Shown: positions 58,636-64,000 of the stretch, one piece after another
How the letters are laid out: each line of letters opens with the position of its first letter
Numbering within the stretch: the first letter of the stretch is position 1
Source of the DNA: the human T2T-CHM13v2.0 reference genome, Homo sapiens
Assembly: GCF_009914755.1 (NCBI RefSeq)
Contig: NC_060944.1
Direction: 5' to 3' (one strand)
Length of the DNA: 64,000 nucleotides
Position numbers and translations under genes: made by a program
The notes under the pieces: model-generated
What the model was told of the DNA's origin: nothing
Database searches by the model: none
What the model saw: only the letters and a program-made list of their open reading frames with translations

Positions 58636-59880
58636 CAGTGCTTTTCTGTGGCTGTATATGCATGTGCACACACACTCTTCCATGAGCCCATGTGCACACA
58701 CACACATGCATACCAGGATGAACTTAACCCACACAGACTCACAGCAACATGGACACCAAAAGCTGGCTGTGTCATCAATAAGTTAGGGATCCAGGCCTTT
58801 GGTCTCAGGACTCCATAAAGCAGTTCCCAAGGTGGGAAGCAAGTCTGTGCTGCAACTATGCAAATCTTCGTTCCCCAGCCAGGGCTCTGAGCATCTGGAC
58901 AAAAACTGTGGGGGTGTGGGGGTAAGAATATTTGCACTCAGGACTGAAACTCCAGATTCCTTTCAATGTACATTCACAGCTGTAAATCCCACTTCCCAGG
59001 AGCTCCTGCTGGGATTTGCACACCACCTTCCAAGGTCTTCCTTCCCTGCCAATTAATTTCAGTGTGAATTGAACCAGAGATCTTGGCCAGAGGATAAAAC
59101 TGGTTGTACCTGTTTGACAATCTCCCCAGCTGCCATGCAGAGTCTGGGCTTTCTTCCTCCCAGGTTGCTTCTAGGAGTATTTCCTAAGCTCATGCCTCTT
59201 CCTGTAAGTCCTGGCCATAGACACTTTGATACACTCAGATCCAGCCCCCTTACACCTCCTGGGGAGACACCACTGATAAGCCCAGCCATGCCCATCACAA
59301 TCACAGCAGCCACCACACACAAAACATCATGGACAAGTTCTGTCTCCAAAGGTCCCTCCTGAAATCAGAAATGAGCAAGATGTTCCCCACCTTACCAAGA
59401 GGCAACGAAGGAGGCTCAGAGAGATGAAGTGACCAGCTCCAGTCTCCACAGCCAGAAGAGGAGAAGTTGGGTTTAAAACTACATCTACCATACCTACCTC
59501 ACCTGGTTCTGCAACCTGAATTTCTTCCAGACCCCCATTCTGGCTCCAGTGAGCATTTAAGAGGAAAGAAAATGTCGTCCTTTAGGAGCAATGCAGGAGA
59601 AGGTGCATCCTTCCCTAAAGAGGGAAGGATTACAAGTGACAGAGAGCTTCATGGGGAATCAACTCAGACAAACGTGTGGAGGCCATTGAATTCCAGGCAG
59701 CTTCTGGAGACTGGTTTGGCCAGAGCACAGGATGAAGAGTAAAGAATGGAGGGGCAAGGGCTGAAGCTGCAGAGCCCTGAAGGCCAAGCTAAAGGATTGG
59801 AAATGTGTCCTGGTTACCATAGGGAGCAATCAGTGGTTTCTGAGGAGGACCAGGTGCCAGTATTTCCAAAGAAAATTAAT

Positions 59881-60186
<306 letters not shown>

Positions 60187-60379
60187 TAAAGGCAATATCC
60201 CTAACAAAGCACAGATGGCTTAAGAAGTGGAAGCACAGCTGGCTAAGGGGGACACTCCTCTCAAAGTTAAATCTCCACTGAATAAAATCCCAGAAGCATT
60301 TTCCAGCCTGTTACAAATTCACCAACTTCAGCTATCATCCAAACCCTGGCCTCAGAAAAGGAGAAAGATTAACAACATA

Positions 60380-60600
60380 GCCTCCAGATTCAGACTTCCC
60401 GGGTTTGAATTCTAGCACTGGCATTTACTAGCTGTGCATCCTTGGGCAAGTTGCTTAACCTTTCTGTGATTCCATTTCCTCATTCAGAAAACAGGGATAA
60501 TTATATCCCCCTAACTCACTGGGTTATTACGAAGGTTATGTGAGTTAGTGGTAAAACGTTTAATAGTGCCAGGCATATGGCAAGTGTCTGTCAAATAAGG
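60380..60600 (+). mobile_element. MIR SINE
   Basis: 'gggtttgaattctagcactggcatttactagctgtgcatccttgggcaagttgcttaacctttctgtg'. Confidence 0.88.
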
Positions 60601-61244
60601 ATCTTTGTGTTCACAGACCCTGATCTACCTATCAAAATGAAAATAGAATGAGTATGACATGGTGTGTTCTTAATGATCCATTTCTAGGTCCTTGTGATCA
60701 CCAATTCCTCTGCTACCCAAAAACAATCCCTTGGATAATATGCCTCAAAACATTTGGGCTCACAGGTCTATCATATGCAGAATAAACCTATTACATATCA
60801 ACAATTTCATAGGGTTCAGCCTAATGCTTCCACTTTTTTGAGAGCTGGAGTTTTTGACCCATTTTAGCATTCTCTCTTTTTTATACTCTCTTTCCCCATG
60901 TCAACAGAGAAAGGAAGGTGAGTTCCCAAAAGAACACAAGAGAGCCATCCTTTTCAGAGACCTTGAGAAAAAGAAAGATCTTTGAGACATATGGTATCTA
61001 CAATCTAAATGATATGTAACTTTCCTATTATACAAAAAATATAAAACCCAAGGTCACTCTCTGTTGACCTTGAAGAAGACAGAGGCTGGACAAGCTAACA
61101 GCCAGACAAGTATGGATCCCCTTCAGAAGATTATGTGAGGGCCAGGGCAAACTCTTGCACTCAGCTTCTGCCCTTCAATCTTCCCCAAATCACCTGAGAG
61201 TCTGACGTCAGCATCTTGGACTGCCAAAGCTATAGTTCTGTTTT

Positions 61245-61495
61245 TGTTTCATTGACACAGGAAGAGGCTCTCTAAAAGCAGAACCCAGATGAAGGGTGGC
61301 TGTCAGGCTTCCAGGAGGACATTTTTCCTGGGCAATCAGGGCTGGGAAACCAAACATATCCGGGAGCAGCCACGTCCCCCTTATCCCCTTGTATTCCTCT
61401 AAAGACCTTTGGCTCTTTACCTCGCACTGGAAGGGATCAGATATAAATGTCACTAGGTCCATTTCACAGCTAGGTAAATAGAGTCGGGGAATCTG
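61245..61495 (+). repeat. Left arm of ~251-bp inverted repeat
   Basis: Reverse complement of 61884-62134; hand count 18 substitutions plus 2 single-base indels (~92%). Confidence 0.95.
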
Positions 61496-61883
61496 ACTCT
61501 CAGACAATAAACAGAACTGAATTTTGAAGCATTGCTCTTTTCTGGGGCAAAGACCAATGACTTGTTGATTTTGCAAACAAGGCAGTGACATGATCCATGT
61601 TTGAAAGAGGACCCTGGTAGTCTTAGAGGAATAGGGTGGGGACTGGAGGTGAGTTCTAAGACTCTGGGAATTGACCAAGAAGGAAGTGGGGGGATACTCC
61701 AAACTAAGATGTGGTGGTGGAAACAGACAGGAAGGTGCTTCTGAGAGGGGATACAAAAACAGATTTGTCCCCAAGAAATCAGCTTGTTTCTCAAAAACTG
61801 AAACAAGGATTCAAGGAGGTTATTTGGGCTGGTGGTATTAGCAGGCACCTGGAGACACAATCTCTCCCGGCTCTGCTTGGAGA

Positions 61884-62134
61884 CAGATTCCCCTGACTGT
61901 ATTTACCTAGCTGTGAAATGGACCTAGTGACATTTATACCTGATCCCTTCCAGTGTGAGGTAAAGAGCCAAAGATCTTTAGAGGAATACAAGGGGAGTAG
62001 GGGGACATGGCTGCTCCCAGATACGTTTGGGCTCCCAGCCCTGATTACCCAGAGAAATATCATCCGAGAAGCCTGAGAGCCACCCTTCATCTGGGTTCTG
62101 CTTTTAGAGAGCCTCTTCCTGTGTCAATGAAACA
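61884..62134 (-). repeat. Right arm of ~251-bp inverted repeat
   Basis: See left arm. ORF-track entries 61296..61481(+) and 61791..62090(-) share the peptide SGSSHVPL.PLYSSKDLWLFTSHWKGS.INVTRSISQLGK. Confidence 0.95.
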
Positions 62135-62860
62135 GAAAGTAGGAGTTTGGGAAGGCTGATTTTGACTTAAGGACACTGAATACAATCTTTTCTGGGTGTT
62201 TACAAAGTGTGTTTACCAAGCAGCCACTCTCCAAACCCTAGCAACTGCTTAAAACAAGAGAGCTGCTGATTTGTGGAGTGTTTTCTTTTCAAAAAATATC
62301 GCCGTAAATGTTGGATTTAGAGACATTCTTTCCTTTTAAAAATAACTTGTCAAGGGGACAAAAGTATTTAAGAGGCTTTCTTCTCAGCTCAGAAAGCCAT
62401 AGGGAGGAGGAATGGTTTGTTTTGGAGTTTTTTGGGTTTTTTTGGGGGGGGGGATTTTTTATTTTGCATGAGGTTAGAGCTAGGAGTAGGAGAAGTAGGA
62501 GGGGCAGTTGGAAAGCAGGTGGGATGTTGGTTAGCTCTTTGCCTTCGGAATCCCAAACCCCTTCTCTGATTGCTCCTTCCCTCACCTTTTTCTCTCAAAA
62601 ACCCACCAGGATCTAGGAGAAAACAAGATTGAGCTCTACTTTGCCCCCTCCCTTTCCCTTTCCCCCTCCCCTGCAGTCCCACCCCAGCGCTCCCCACCTA
62701 CCTCTCATATCAGGTGTCAACTTCTTCTTTCTCTCCACAGACGCCACAGTGTGTCCCCAAGTGCACCACTGATGGTATACAAGATTTTGGAGGTTGACAT
62801 ACAAATAAGCTTTAAAAAAATTTTTAGCAGTACGTATTTTTTAGAGTACCAAAAAACACA

Positions 62861-63100
62861 GAGATAGATAGACAGACTATAACAGATAGATAGATAGATA
62901 GATATGATTGACAGATAGATAATAGATATGAATGACAGATATAGGTAGATAATGATCGACAGATGATTGATAGATATGATTGACAGAGAGATGATTAATA
63001 GATGATAGATATGAATGACAGATAGATAATAGGTAGATAATGATTGACAGATAGATGATTGATAGATATGATTGACAGATAGATTAATGATTGACTGATA
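62861..63100 (+). repeat. Complex (GATA/GATT/GACA)n microsatellite with ~85-90-bp internal duplication
   Basis: (GATA)n run at ~62884-62903. The block 'atagatatgaatgacagat...ggtagataatgat.gacagat...gattgatagatatgattgacaga' occurs twice (~62922-62987 and ~63005-63079). Confidence 0.92.
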
Positions 63101-63177
63101 GGGCGAGCCAGGACCTCAAACCCATGCTTTCACAGATATTACCCCTTTCCTTTTTAAGCACATTTTACACAACACAT

Positions 63178-63720
63178 GATCATTCAACCAATTATTGGGT
63201 TGTTATGGTCCTACTAAGTGCCAGGCACCATTTATCGTTCTTAGGAACATCAGTAAACAAAACAGTCACCAGACACTGATCTCACAGAGCTTATATGCTG
63301 GCAGGCAAAAGCAGGAAATAAGCAAGAAGTGAATAATAATCTGATAAATTCTAAAGTGATTAGTGCTATAAGAAAAGAAATAAAGAAAAAAACAAGAAAA
63401 GAAATATTAAAGAAAAATAAGGCATGTCAGCAGTGCCCAGGGAGGGGGAAGGGGGTAGGTTCCCAAATTTAATGGGGTAGTCAAAATAAGCCTCATGAAG
63501 GAGGTGAGATTTCAGCAAGAACTTGAAGGAGGTGAGTAAGTTCACTACAGGTTTATCTGGGGGAAGAGTGGTTCAGGCAGAGGGAAGAGCTTCAGCAAAT
63601 TCCCTAAGCAAGGGCCATAACCAGCCTCTTCCAGAAACAGTAAGGTGGCCAGTGTGGCTGGAACAGAGTGAGCAAGGCAAGAAAGTAGAGGGAGAGAAAA
63701 TCAGAGGAGACAGATTCTGA
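63178..63720 (-). mobile_element. L2 LINE fragment
   Basis: 'cattcaaccaattatt...gtgccaggcacc...cagagcttatatgctggc...ggaggtgagatttcagcaagaacttgaagga...ccagtgtggctggaacagagtgagcaagg'. Confidence 0.85.
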
Positions 63721-63731
63721 TTCTGATCACT

Positions 63732-63896
63732 TATTTTAAATGTAATTAAAACTAAATGAAATTTAAAATTCAGATTCTCAGCTGCATGAGCCATGTTTCA
63801 AGGGTTTAATAGCCACTTGTGGCTAGTGGCTACCTTATTGGGTAGCACAGATAAGAAAATTTCTCTCATCACAGAAAGTTCTATCAGATGACACTG
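63732..63896 (-). mobile_element. MER3 (hAT-Charlie)
   Basis: 'aaatttaaaattcag...aatagccacttgtggctagtggctaccttattgg...catcacagaaagttctat'. Confidence 0.85.
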
Positions 63897-64000
63897 ACCT
63901 TGAGTGTTTTGGCTCCTTTTTTGGCTTGGTTAACTTTTATTCAGACTTTAACAGCTCAAACATCACTTCCTCCAGGAAGGCTTTTCTGACCACTCTTCCT

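Noticed and set aside
61441-61450. Convergent TATA boxes (TATAAATG) in both inverted-repeat arms
   Set aside because: Present twice only because of the duplication, and located in a probable MIR remnant with no other core-promoter evidence.
61296-62090. Paralogous small-protein pair on opposite strands
   Set aside because: The peptide similarity is a by-product of the DNA inverted repeat; the reading frames diverge at indels and the starts and ends differ.

Overview
Primate, almost certainly human, non-coding genomic DNA: it carries a near-consensus AluYa5 and a full-length L1PA2-like LINE-1. I can support no host protein-coding exon, tRNA, rRNA or CRISPR array. The only real coding sequence is the L1 (4814-10857): ORF1 is open, ORF2 is broken by 2 stops and 2 frameshifts, and antisense ORF0 is truncated at codon 25. 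The first ~15 kb is AT-rich and almost tiled by transposons (old L1M, Ricksha, MER33, MLT1A0 split by the L1, THE1, MLT1C, Zaphod-like). The rest is more GC-rich, rich in MIR/L2/Alu, and has short unique islands of transcription-factor-like motifs, as in a gene desert or large intron. Three structures are not explained by ordinary repeat annotation. (1) A ~251-bp, ~92%-identical inverted repeat around a ~390-bp spacer at 61245-62134. (2) A complex templated insertion at 11322-11983: micro-duplications, a 12-nt inverted patch, a ~237-bp copy of the neighbouring MLT1C and a THE1 LTR with no TSD. (3) A GATA-type microsatellite at 62861-63100 holding six TGANTGACAG (PBX-MEIS/PREP 'DECA') motifs. 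None is demonstrably a new biological system; they are candidates to test. Repeat family names come from remembered consensus sequences and identities are hand counts, so both need RepeatMasker/alignment confirmation.
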